Assembly: GCA_964416275.1 (NCBI GenBank)
Contig: CAYQDU010000003.1
Span: 1-62,131, forward strand
Source: an uncultured Anaerolinea sp.
GTDB taxonomy: Bacteria > Chloroflexota > Anaerolineae > Anaerolineales > UBA4823
Length of the DNA: 62,131 nucleotides
Direction of reading: 5' to 3'
Positions within the stretch are counted from its first letter, which is position 1. Every line of letters begins with the position of its first letter. The position numbers and the translations under genes are program-made. Of the stretch, positions 21,001 through 25,898 are shown piece after piece. Under the pieces are notes generated by a model, which was not told the DNA's origin, made no database searches, and saw only the letters and a program-made list of their open reading frames with translations.

Positions 21001-21936
21001 GTCACCGACTGGCTGCCGGGCGAGGTGATCTTCGTCTCGGCCCAGCCCGTCCAGGTCGGCGGGCCGAACCCGCTCACCTGGAACCTGGGGACTCTGCCGG
21101 TCAACGCCACCCGCCAGATCACGGTAGTGGTGCGAGTGACCGACTGGGCCACCCAGAACTTCACCAACCTTGCCCAGGTCGATAGCAGCACGCCCGACCC
21201 TGACCCGAACAACAATCAGGATGACGAGCTGACCTACATGAACGGCGTGGCCGACCTGTCGATTGTCAAGGAGGCCCTGCCCAACCCGGTGCTGCCCGAG
21301 TCGGAGATGTACTACCTGCTGACGGTGCATAACGCCGGGCCATCGCCGGCCCAGGATGTGGTGGTGAGCGATACGCTGCCGGCCGAGGTGCGCCTGATTT
21401 CGGCCTCGCCCACCGCCGCCAGCGGCCCGCGCCCGTTCGTCTGGAACCTGGGGACGCTGCAGGTGGGCGAAACCCGCCAGATCACCCTGACGGTCTTCGT
21501 CGAGGGCTGGGCCAACGGAGCCTTTACCAACACGGCCGTAGTCGGCTCGTCTACGCCCGACCCTGACCCGGAGGATAATACCTCCACCTCGACCGTGGTG
21601 GTTGGCACGCCCACCGGGCTGACCCTGGCCGGTGTGAGCGCCGTCCCGGCCGGGCCGGGCCAGGTGCGGCTGGAATGGACGACCCTCGCCGAGGGCAACG
21701 CCCAGGGCTTCCAGGTTTACCGCTCGGCCAGCCGCGACTTCGCCTCGGCCGAACTGGTGCAGGTCGTCTCGCTGCAAGGGGCCGGGGCGCACTACCAGGC
21801 CCTGGATGTCCCGCCGGCCGCCGGGGTGTGGTACTACTGGCTGGCAACGGTGGACGCCTCCGGGCGCATAACCCAACCGGCTGTTTTGATGGTTTCGGTC
21901 TACTGGCAGTACCTGCCGGTATTGAGAAAGGAGTAG
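6085..21936 (+). CDS. Giant (5283 aa) secreted DUF11/'conserved repeat domain' surface protein with an inserted lectin-like domain, a C-terminal Fn3/Ig-like domain and a terminal YLPVLRK motif
   Basis: Long Sec-type signal (basic N-region, LFNLVVAWTMLLSQVFPLSVALA). 22 clear tandem ~120-aa repeats (DLxxxK...G..vTYtl.vtN.GPs.A..V.v.D.LP...C...C.lG.L...N.A) between ~13440 and 21600, plus about eight divergent repeats upstream. Consistent GC3-rich codon usage; GGAGG ribosome-binding site at the start. Confidence 0.9.
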   Translation: MDSKYSIRFVLGRLQKAARRTSGRALRLFNLVVAWTMLLSQVFPLSVALAAGLDAPVGPAARPNDPFASLQGAAGEWEASPAPTLSARSLPGWWQPAAAPVEGLNQNLAPAWLKPESPAAQAPAAAALGGGLTPGWLNAAETAAVETANSSLGSTLTPGWLGAAPGGPQASGARGPLKAPGVCPAAANLALNLILPDYTISRGNAAGDVYTLTVRNTSAISVPEVSLLIDPNAGFYYLAGSATASSSVSGTLTLSAPPANTAPDAAFTLTPLGAPIPPQKTLQPGEIITLTFRLATDANAASGQQLFASLQSGSPASTFCKSTVRNVPTARGNLVVEKSPTVQNGSYGEIKTWNVTLKNTGLGMVYGGQFADVAGPGYIGLNVAPAITPVDLAPSQMALYTVTAQINACTNLTNTVSAWWSIGNSDGTATLANPLEDGVDILYLLSEPGVKVEMGGLPAQTYCGALSADIPITVTSLGPGPARNLSLIAQTGGVSISTSDPHWSQAGDTFTYLGGSPVGSLLAHQVVTFTLHVTSPRLCNSQTLAVDFTPHFQDACQLLDYSGVTGSASVLTANDAPSLELIKSGPSGTVLAGDIFTYEVHISGNNREMIVAPGVVVTDVVPANLVIQNVSTTGGPFVQAGQAITWTLPATATPGPYSETLYIKVRVPNQGELSCAAPLGITNIAYARAQGCAQCAPMVVSDTLTNRLNDYQPGLGASITRVTPPVELCAPPTTFSNLIDITNGITWANTIFSDTLGLGLLSQPLHVVAGSVKVLVNGADRTADVATTLGPPLRIDLSAIGTYSNTAQIAITYQVTASLGTIPFNSSEQTIYYPAEFRLGGSPRSGCPGGDLAYAGTEVRLVQGVLDFTVTPGDVLACHVNNVLLTVSGMNNNTLTNHMQVTFQADPNDIFTPTHYTLGGSFAGLTPTVLKVGNVVTFTFPTGQDYDGVGTIVFPLFRPCGVETTLQAGVVYQDRCQVTRTGVGTGGSTTLVSKVDLFVTPNKYTVNTRDTVWRFYVGNFSSVTAEDVIVTNTLPLGHKLQTYDLSSTSAPTNTVSMITGTLPSGQEVVTFTLSSLPPYGRIRFDVYGKIDSICNLPTRINIALLDQCGMVGEGSGVCQGRKDAFVDLLPGPAFLVTSNDQTAHLPLCETGYVRLTVKNSSASADEFNFKITDVLTNVTVTGPVTATVVDENGQIIVGETSGLPLQGVAFSPNIVTTGNQQNLTWEQSMFAPGTPGYDILQRRQASDVITIFMRVRTGCTGTDARVQSFVDARDVCARPLASAENAKTLLTDAPALNAVKRGYNVTRGYPLTNPVYAYPGDTLRWEVDVTNVGDQHVLNLWVTDTLPANFTYANANLGGAYAAGQVVWNLTGTPVLNIGETKTFVVTGTVTNLVCSDTQNRVLAVFGCTAGDRCSGLPANTDFTLQTRPNAFSLTSSGDLSTCGGLVTVNINNDGAPAANVTLTDTLPTGYVYEAFVSATAAPNVLPAAGAAKPVFGWTGANLLPRGLTTLVFRVRNAAASGACAAPGLPLTNQTDLNMQDGCGNNYGAANTTSSGFNLTTPNLSVTKTPVTQFRNVGDVANWTLTVRNTGAAPAPNVVITDRVGSNFGSLSASAGSFGGTSAVIVGNTIHWTPAITLPVGGQWTATVNGTLLSVGDNTNQVTATAACASGCQYAAVNTTAYVTLISQFDKGPNSIMTGTIGDVKVFTFTVGLPDVDGVYQNLSLVDTLPAGLGYVGSRVVYQQDMDNPTPPAPVIVTTPSSAPAYLSSGVIQWNLGTLNGVAVATGVITTVIRDIPTNYGSPQAGYVRLTNNLNLSYTEDGQPYTYNDTASADVYEPLLHLSKNYRTAQGCASALLIDNFNDGNTLGWTVSGGALALNGYTLQMPTGANRRALAGSTTWGDASFSAFALSTGVTHATDNDLGLILRANSVNTYYRLYWRRNLAGTTGAYRLDRVVGGTATNLVNTAAPAAYGLNRWYHLEARVQDYALQFYIDGALVLSYTDANAAHLAAGQSGLFTQNQTTAYFDDVLASRYGRSGCLVGAGDLVTYTLTISNQQVITAYNPRLVDVIPAGLSLQSYSWKSDDAGTSLSAGPTPVPGAAGSLTWDFNRLAPRVPFAANRHTAITMTVTLAVSPAITVSQRLANQAHLTYDGQAGAGPVGIQRAYDGGTHSNGVRTIDPYILKSSSPANATIGEPVYFTITVPSHPITATLYNITITDNVPANLLVLPGTVQIVGGTGVVNQTLGNNLRVLFGSIPAGTVAYIRYTAVVRDVLANQEGVVVPNTATLAWGTQTTTTLPVNVTLIEPSLGISKVVSPTNAAPGQMVFYTVSAYHLAGDTETAYNVTISDVVPASLAYLPGSWHIVNGPAGTASDAADPTLRAIFPVVGPTWTAANPLRLVYAAQVRAWAAPGALITNTARLTYTSTPTDTYGETRDGSGGVDDYFASQTADLALPEISVTKTGPITVTAGNLITYLVTVRNEGPFAAPAIVTDTLPFQVSFVSATPSQGSCVHTYNPTGGQLVCNLGSLAPGQATIQVVGRVDPNTPLAADLTNRVRVTTTSPDGATTNNTAEVDTEVYTSSDVGLNKSGPTTAIAGQTITYTIAVSNTGPSTAHTVDIKDLLPPGVSYVGASASQGLCVAGICQLGDLPTGQTVHIVVTATVGANVSGTLVNTAQAFSVSSDPNPANNVDTQITTVSSLTRLMISKVDLTDPVYAGDTYFYEVVITNTGPSAAQNVVISDTLPPYVHYEGASPECFHDGSPVGGQITCNLGTMAPLEVRDYLINVRVLSDVISGTVGINRVSATTTTPLAAGSVLSDQEPTTYLQKLGNPIDLSLLKSVNPASAVAGNGFFTYHLTATNHGPAPASDVILVDAYPREFSFISAVASNGAVCNQGMSCALGALAVNETVYITLVVAVPSDVLAGVYTNTARLTSPAPETDLTNNDAQAASTVTTLANLGLGKLALPNPATPGGDLTYVITVTNTGPSDAANVTVSDALPVGFIPTAIYSSQGNCAAFPCNLGTLTPGASALVWVVGKVSPNAAPGQVDNTANAASSTPGSGASDTVIVGLAGLADLALVKTGTPTSLPGGTVFYTLTLRNLGPSDATGVVLTDTLPVGLSYVSITPPAGCGYLLGRIVCTVGTLAANAQRQFVVQAVVDGSVPPGASLENQAAVTATSPDPNPLNNLANADTSILGQADLVIAKTQLTANPILAGTLVTYTIVVTNTGPGLARQVDVKDQLPAGLSLEHIAASSGGVCGGTVCQFGALLPGETRTITVTARVDEDAPAGTVTNVGAVYSVDESNPGNNTATTTTTLVTSADLSVAKVDLSDPVEPLGGLIYQLVASNAGPSAAQGVIVTDTLDANVVFVNATPGCVYAAGQVVCTVGTLAGGASASFLVAVTAGDVPSGTLLHNAALVAGTTPDGNPTNNQTTITTTVQAPNGPSAEVGIAKTGLPASVAAGDVVTYTLTVTNAGPQAATNVRVLELIPAGTTALSLTADNPDAGDEHCSLGGACYLGTVYSTTVATIQVVLRVNPDYAGNQVVNTASVSADQFDPLPGNNIASAATDVTQAADLLLAKSDLMDPVLAGDLILYQVWVTNTGPSLAQAVVVTDAIPVGTVFAGASPVCAESSGIVTCALGDLPAGAATSVWVQVRADQSLPDPTVVTNTARVHSSTPDSDPNNNVDSEPTTVHQSTLNPTDLAIVKGDAPDPVIAGNLLTYTLVVTNYGPAPASGVQVADALPSGTSLVSAIASQGVGCYGSVVCLLGDLAVNATAHITIVVRVDPNQQVALNNLAQVSSTSVDNNPNNNQAFAATQVETSADLQLTKTGPVAAQPGGNIAYQIIVQNLGPSDAQAVVVSDTLPLELQSAVASASQGACAIAAGVVTCNLGSLPAGGQAVIDIAGLLDPHATAAFANAAEVESATPDPNTGNNWDDALTTPTPGADLELQKTATPTAPAGGAILYNLRVYNHGISQAQNIVVTDTLPAGMTYASASPACAFTAGQVICTLAALDVNASVTFTILVTAASDIIPGTSLENRAVVGSSTPDSNPENNHDNADTSIIALADLGIDKRTVADPVVAGDLVTYTIVVTNYGPSLAQAVQVWDFLPAGVTLASVTPSQGICSLTVCLLGDLDVGATATLTLTGRINPNLAAGTILRNRAQTTSATPDPGPYSNTDTVTNTTTRLADLSLVKTHTGLMTPGLPFTYRLTVSNLGPSLASAVVVTDSLPLSVTFVSSTASCLRTASNPDMVACSLGNLAAGASASFDLLVLPDARLTAGTLTNLAQTASVTPDPEPTNNQTGDLTTVQPAADLRLSKSDNPDPVVAGQLLTYTLIAANLGPSLAQAVIVTDTLPLSLTYLSSSLPCSLIGSHPQVIACALGDLLPGATQTFQVVTRVDPGVPPGASLHNYALVGSLTPDTNPTNNVGSAVTTVIAQSDLAVDKTCPPDPLIAGGIVTYTVVISNSGPSTAQDVDVKDFLPIGLIPLGAHTTDGQPCLPNLCQLGDLQPGEVVTMVVTAQVDPSQPIESHLDNQATGFTDTNDPNPGNNSDSCSNMILSEARLVIEKHDLVDPVGQGGLLIYALNVTNTGPSSAQDVTVIDTLPAQVTYLSSTDHCVEGPAGSLTCSLGTILPNTTQSFLVTVQVPVDVYSGTILHNLAEVSSSTPLTDTSILTDSEDTLVIEPPVPPADLSIVKTENPAVAVAGRDDVTYHLQVVNHGPGRATDVEVLDPLPAGLTFVSAQPSQGFCWNAIQCSLGVLEVNASAMITVTAHVNADVLTGTLIANTAIVRGSQPDPDPTNNTSTTTLQIITAADLTIVKLDQPDPATPGELMTYTLAITNHGPSDAQNVLVTDPLPPQVSFVGALPANSAGPNPLTWNLGALAAGQTVHILLWARVDPSVTAPFTNTALVGSSTPEINPTDNSSSTTTQVEPQADLSLAKDGQPHLALNGSVVTYTLTVHNLGPSDVQNAVVTDWLPGEVIFVSAQPVQVGGPNPLTWNLGTLPVNATRQITVVVRVTDWATQNFTNLAQVDSSTPDPDPNNNQDDELTYMNGVADLSIVKEALPNPVLPESEMYYLLTVHNAGPSPAQDVVVSDTLPAEVRLISASPTAASGPRPFVWNLGTLQVGETRQITLTVFVEGWANGAFTNTAVVGSSTPDPDPEDNTSTSTVVVGTPTGLTLAGVSAVPAGPGQVRLEWTTLAEGNAQGFQVYRSASRDFASAELVQVVSLQGAGAHYQALDVPPAAGVWYYWLATVDASGRITQPAVLMVSVYWQYLPVLRKE

Positions 21937-21938
21937 CC

Positions 21939-24866
21939 ATGCCCGTCAAATCGATCCAATCTCGATTAAGCGGCGGTGTTTTGTGGCGAGGCGTGCGCCT
22001 GGCGTTGATGGCGGCTGCGTTGATCTTGCCCCCCGGCCTGGGGCTGGCCTCGGGCCGGGCGGCGGCGGTTGAGCCGCCCGCCGCGCCGCTGGCGCAGGTC
22101 GCCGCCGATGCTTCGGGTGTGACCCTGACCTGGGAAGCGCCCGATCTGCAGATCGAAACCCTGGCCGGCGGCGACCTGCGCCTGAGCGTGGCCGGTTTCT
22201 CGAACCAGGAGACTCCCGGCCAGCCGCGCCTGCCGCTGGCAAGCGCCCTGGTGGCCCTGCCGCCCGGCGCAGCCCCGCGCCTGGATATACTGGACGAGCC
22301 GGAGACCTTTCAACCTGCCGCCGCTCCGCTGGAACTGGCCCCCTACCCGGCCGGCGTGACGCTCGACGCAGCGGGCGCGCCCCTGGCTGCTCGCACAGGG
22401 CCGGGCGCAAGCGATCTGAGCGCCGCTCGCCCGGCCCTTGACCACGCCGTGGTATGGGAGCCGCTGGGCGTGCTGCGCGGGGTGCGCCTGGCGCGGGTCA
22501 GCTTCTACCCCGTCCGGCCGGCTGCCGGCGGGCTGCTGCGGGTCAGGCGAGTCACCGCCCGCCTGGACTTTGGCCTGCCGCCCACCGCCGCCCCGGCCGC
22601 CGCTCGCCTGGCGGGCGACCCGCTGATCGAGGCGGTGCGCCAGATGGTGGTCAACCCGCAGCAGGTTCAGCCGGCGGCGCGGCTGGCCGAAGCCCGGCCG
22701 GCGGCTGGCAGCCCGGTCGTCTGGTATATCGAAGTCGTCCAGACCGGACTGACTGCCCTGGATTACGCCGACCTGCTGGCCGCCGGATACCCGGTAGATT
22801 CGGTTAACCCCGCTCACCTGCACCTCCTGCACGATGGGAGCGAAGTAGACGCCGAATGGGACGGCGACGCCGATGGCCGCTTCGAGGCCGGCGAGCGCCT
22901 GCTGTTCTACGCCGACCCGCACTCCAACCGGTGGGCCAACTTTGACACCTACGCCCTGGTAGAAACCGACACGGTCGGAGCGCGCCTGGCTTCTCGTCCG
23001 GCCAACCCGGCCGGGGCGCTGCCCGGACGCATCTTCGTCACGCAAACTTTTGAACAGAACCGCATCTACACCCCCAAGTGTTATTGCGGCTCGCTGCCTC
23101 TGGGCCGGGATGGCGAACGCTGGGCCTGGCTGGACCTGTCGCTGGGAGGCGCTAACCCGGTCAAGGCCCAGGCCGCCCTGGCCGACGTAGACATTACGCA
23201 ACCGGCCCGGCTGACCGTGTATCTGCTCAGCTATACCGAGGCGATCCAGAATCCCGATCACAAAGTGCAGATTTTCTGGAACGCCACCCTGTTGGGCGAG
23301 GAGAGCTGGAACGGTAAGCAGGCCAAAGCCTTTACCTATGACCTGCACGCCGGGCAGGTGGTGAACGGCCAGAACGAACTGGCCCTCAACTTGCCCGGCC
23401 TGAACGGGGTGAGCCGGGAGGGCGCCTGGCTGGACGCTTTCAGCGTGCAGTATGCTCTGAATACCGCCCTGGCCGCGCCCGGCGCGGCGCTGGGTTTCAC
23501 CGGCGAGGCGGTGCAGCGGGCATACAGCTTGAAGCTCGGCGCAACAGCCGGCCTGCGCGCCTATCAGGTGACCGACCCGCTTCACCCCCTGCGCCTGACC
23601 GACGTGCAGGCGACTGGGAACAACGTGGCATTCAAAGACCCCGATCCGATCGGCGCCCAGCGCTACCTGGTGACCAACGCCGATGGCGTGCTAAAGCCTC
23701 GGGGACTGAGGGCCGCCCAACCGCTGCCCGTGGTGGGCCAGGGCGGTTTCAATGGCGCGGCTTATCTGATCCTCACCCGGCCAGAGTTTGCCGCCCCGCT
23801 GCAAGAGCTGGTTGCCGTGCGCTCCGGGCAGGCTGGCAGCGCTTACCTGCAAACCCTCCAGCCGATCTACGATACCTATGCCTATGGCCGCCCAGACCCG
23901 CAGGCTATTCGCGATTACCTGGACGCCGCCTATCATACCTGGCCCACCCCGCCGCTGTATGTTGTATTAGGCGGAGATGGCACCTATGACCCCAAGCAAT
24001 ATCTGCCCACCAGCCACGCCAGCTATCTGCCGCCCTACCTGGGCGTGGTTGATCCCTGGGCAGGCGAGACGGCCGCTGATAACCGCTTCGTAACCGTGGA
24101 CGGCGACGACAAACTGCCGGATATGCTCATCGGGCGGCTGCCGATCAACTCGCTGGCCGAAGCCCGCACCCTGGTAGACAAAATCCTGGCCTACGAGGGC
24201 CAGTCGGCCGGAGCCGACTGGACTCGCCGCCTGACCCTGGTGGGCGACGACGCCGACACATCGGGCAACTTCATTTCCTACCTGGAACAGATCGCCAACG
24301 GGCTGATTGCCCCGCCCTACATCGCTGATAAGCTGTATTACCAGCCGCCGGTTACGCCAGAGCAAATGCACGCCAATACCGTGCAGCGCTTCCAGGATGG
24401 CTCGCTGCTGACCCTGTTCTTTGGCCACTCGTCGTATCATCAATGGGCCATTGAATACTTCTTCCATGTCACCGACGTGACCTCGCTGACCAACGGCGCT
24501 CGCCTGCCGGTGGTGCTGGAGATGACCTGCTTTACCAGCGAGTTCCAACTGCCCGACCTGACCGCCCTGGACGAGGCCCTGCTGCGCCAGCCAGGCGGCG
24601 GGGCCGTGGCGACCTGGGGCATGAGCGGGCTGGGCCTTTCGCAGGGCCACGCGGCCCTGGCCCAGGGCTTTGTCCAGGATGTGGATGCCGCCACTCTGCC
24701 GCTGGTGGGCAAACTGGCCCTGCAGGGCAAGCTGAACCTGGCGACCCACCTGCCCGCCTACGACTATATGCTCGATACGTTCACGTTGCTGGGCGACCCG
24801 GCTTTGCAGCTTCACGTCTCGACCCTGCCGCTGCGCAGCATCTACCTGCCGGTGGTGGCGCGCTAG
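21939..24866 (+). CDS. Secreted C25-family (gingipain/PorU-like) cysteine peptidase with C25 propeptide-like N-terminus and terminal IYLPVVAR motif
   Basis: The AAGGAG ribosome-binding site overlaps the giant gene's stop; ATG at 21939. Signal peptide ending AAA. PGQPRLP...ALPPG (propeptide-like), YLILTRPEF, PQAIRDYL..AY..W..PPLYVVLGGDG, DGDDKLPDMLIGRLP, FFGHSS (catalytic His), EMTCFTSEF (catalytic Cys), GGGAVATWG, FTLLGDPAL. Confidence 0.85.
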   Translation: MPVKSIQSRLSGGVLWRGVRLALMAAALILPPGLGLASGRAAAVEPPAAPLAQVAADASGVTLTWEAPDLQIETLAGGDLRLSVAGFSNQETPGQPRLPLASALVALPPGAAPRLDILDEPETFQPAAAPLELAPYPAGVTLDAAGAPLAARTGPGASDLSAARPALDHAVVWEPLGVLRGVRLARVSFYPVRPAAGGLLRVRRVTARLDFGLPPTAAPAAARLAGDPLIEAVRQMVVNPQQVQPAARLAEARPAAGSPVVWYIEVVQTGLTALDYADLLAAGYPVDSVNPAHLHLLHDGSEVDAEWDGDADGRFEAGERLLFYADPHSNRWANFDTYALVETDTVGARLASRPANPAGALPGRIFVTQTFEQNRIYTPKCYCGSLPLGRDGERWAWLDLSLGGANPVKAQAALADVDITQPARLTVYLLSYTEAIQNPDHKVQIFWNATLLGEESWNGKQAKAFTYDLHAGQVVNGQNELALNLPGLNGVSREGAWLDAFSVQYALNTALAAPGAALGFTGEAVQRAYSLKLGATAGLRAYQVTDPLHPLRLTDVQATGNNVAFKDPDPIGAQRYLVTNADGVLKPRGLRAAQPLPVVGQGGFNGAAYLILTRPEFAAPLQELVAVRSGQAGSAYLQTLQPIYDTYAYGRPDPQAIRDYLDAAYHTWPTPPLYVVLGGDGTYDPKQYLPTSHASYLPPYLGVVDPWAGETAADNRFVTVDGDDKLPDMLIGRLPINSLAEARTLVDKILAYEGQSAGADWTRRLTLVGDDADTSGNFISYLEQIANGLIAPPYIADKLYYQPPVTPEQMHANTVQRFQDGSLLTLFFGHSSYHQWAIEYFFHVTDVTSLTNGARLPVVLEMTCFTSEFQLPDLTALDEALLRQPGGGAVATWGMSGLGLSQGHAALAQGFVQDVDAATLPLVGKLALQGKLNLATHLPAYDYMLDTFTLLGDPALQLHVSTLPLRSIYLPVVAR

Positions 24867-24891
24867 AAAGCTGATGATAAGGAGGCTACGG

Positions 24892-25758
24892 ATGAAAAAA
24901 TTGCGATTTTGGGCTATGGCGCTGGTGATTGCCCTGTTCGCCCTGGGGCTGCTCAGCGCGATGAACAGCGTGGTGCAGGCTTCGACCGACGTGCGCCCGT
25001 TGGGGTTCACCCCCACCGAGCCGAAGGAGACCAAAGAACCGCCGCTGCCTACGGAGCCGCCTGCCACCGAGCCGCCCGAACCGACCGAGCCGCCCGAGCC
25101 AACCGAGCCGCCGGTCAAGCCCACCCGCATCAAGGAAACCGCCGTCGAGCCGCCCGAACGAGCTACGGCTACGCGCCTCCCCGGCGGATCGGGAATTTCC
25201 CCCACGCTGGGGCCGGGAACGCCGGGCGCTGGCCTGCCCACTGGCGCCCCTACTGGCGCGCCTACCGGGCTGCTTACCCCCGCCCCGCTGCCCACGCTGC
25301 CGCCTGTGCAGGTGAACAGCTGCACCGCCGGGGTGCGCTATATGGTCAAGTTTGTGTGCGGTCTGCAAGAGGAGCAGACTACCGGCGGCGAGCCGCCGGT
25401 CAAGCCGGGCAATTATGCCACCGCCCTGAACCTGCATAACTACACCGACGCGGCGGCTTGCGCCGCGGTGCGCCCGGCCCTGCACTACCTGCCCGGCGAG
25501 AACGCTCCCGCGCCGGCCAGGTGGCAAAGCCTCTCGTTGGCCCCGGCCAGCGACCTGGAAGTGGATTGCAACTACCTGTGGAAGATCACCGGAACCCGGC
25601 CCGGTTCGTTCCTCAAGGGTATGCTCGATGTGGCCCTGAGCCAGAAGCTGCCCCTGGCTGTGGTCTATACCGCCGAGATCACCGACCGCATGGGCCTGAC
25701 CGATAGCGGGGCGGGCATCAGCATTGACGTGGAGTATCTTACGCCCTTCCTGCCGTGA
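24892..25758 (+). CDS. Secreted protein: signal peptide, Pro/Thr/Glu-rich stalk and an uncharacterised C-terminal 'KFVCG...PGNYATALNLHN' domain
   Basis: AAGGAGG ribosome-binding site, MKKLRFWAMALVIALFALGLLSA signal, repeated PTEP/TEPPEP units, globular C-terminus with three Cys. Confidence 0.75.
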   Translation: MKKLRFWAMALVIALFALGLLSAMNSVVQASTDVRPLGFTPTEPKETKEPPLPTEPPATEPPEPTEPPEPTEPPVKPTRIKETAVEPPERATATRLPGGSGISPTLGPGTPGAGLPTGAPTGAPTGLLTPAPLPTLPPVQVNSCTAGVRYMVKFVCGLQEEQTTGGEPPVKPGNYATALNLHNYTDAAACAAVRPALHYLPGENAPAPARWQSLSLAPASDLEVDCNYLWKITGTRPGSFLKGMLDVALSQKLPLAVVYTAEITDRMGLTDSGAGISIDVEYLTPFLP

Positions 25759-25770
25759 GAGACTCCCGCC

Positions 25771-25852
25771 GGTACTACCCCACTTAACCGTGGGATAGCC
25801 TATAACGCTTGAAGAGCGCCAGTCACCTCCACCCCGGTTGGGTGGGGGCTAC
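25771..25852. repeat. Inverted pair of R1-type REP-like hairpins between convergent genes
   Basis: GGTACTACCCCACTTAACCGTGGGATAG (25771-25798) faces GCCAGTCACCTCCACCCCGGTTGGGTGGGGGCTAC (25818-25852). Confidence 0.7.
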
Positions 25853-25898
25853 TATAGTTGAGGGAAGTTGGGCGGTGAAACCGCCCAACTTCCCTCAA

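Noticed and set aside
6844-21876. Very long antisense ORFs over the giant gene (e.g. 14020-17166, 17560-20403, 11251-12702, 20530-21876 on the minus strand)
   Set aside because: Shadow ORFs of a GC3-biased, stop-poor repeat gene; the translations are R/G/H/Q-rich with no motifs or ribosome-binding sites.
21675-21938. ORF-track start of the C25 gene at 21675
   Set aside because: It overlaps the giant gene's coding end in another frame; the ribosome-binding site and signal peptide point to ATG 21939.
25760-25870. Possible CRISPR array from the repeated ~37-nt R1 units
   Set aside because: Copies are dispersed, degenerate and inverted, not direct repeats with unique equal-length spacers; no cas genes are present.
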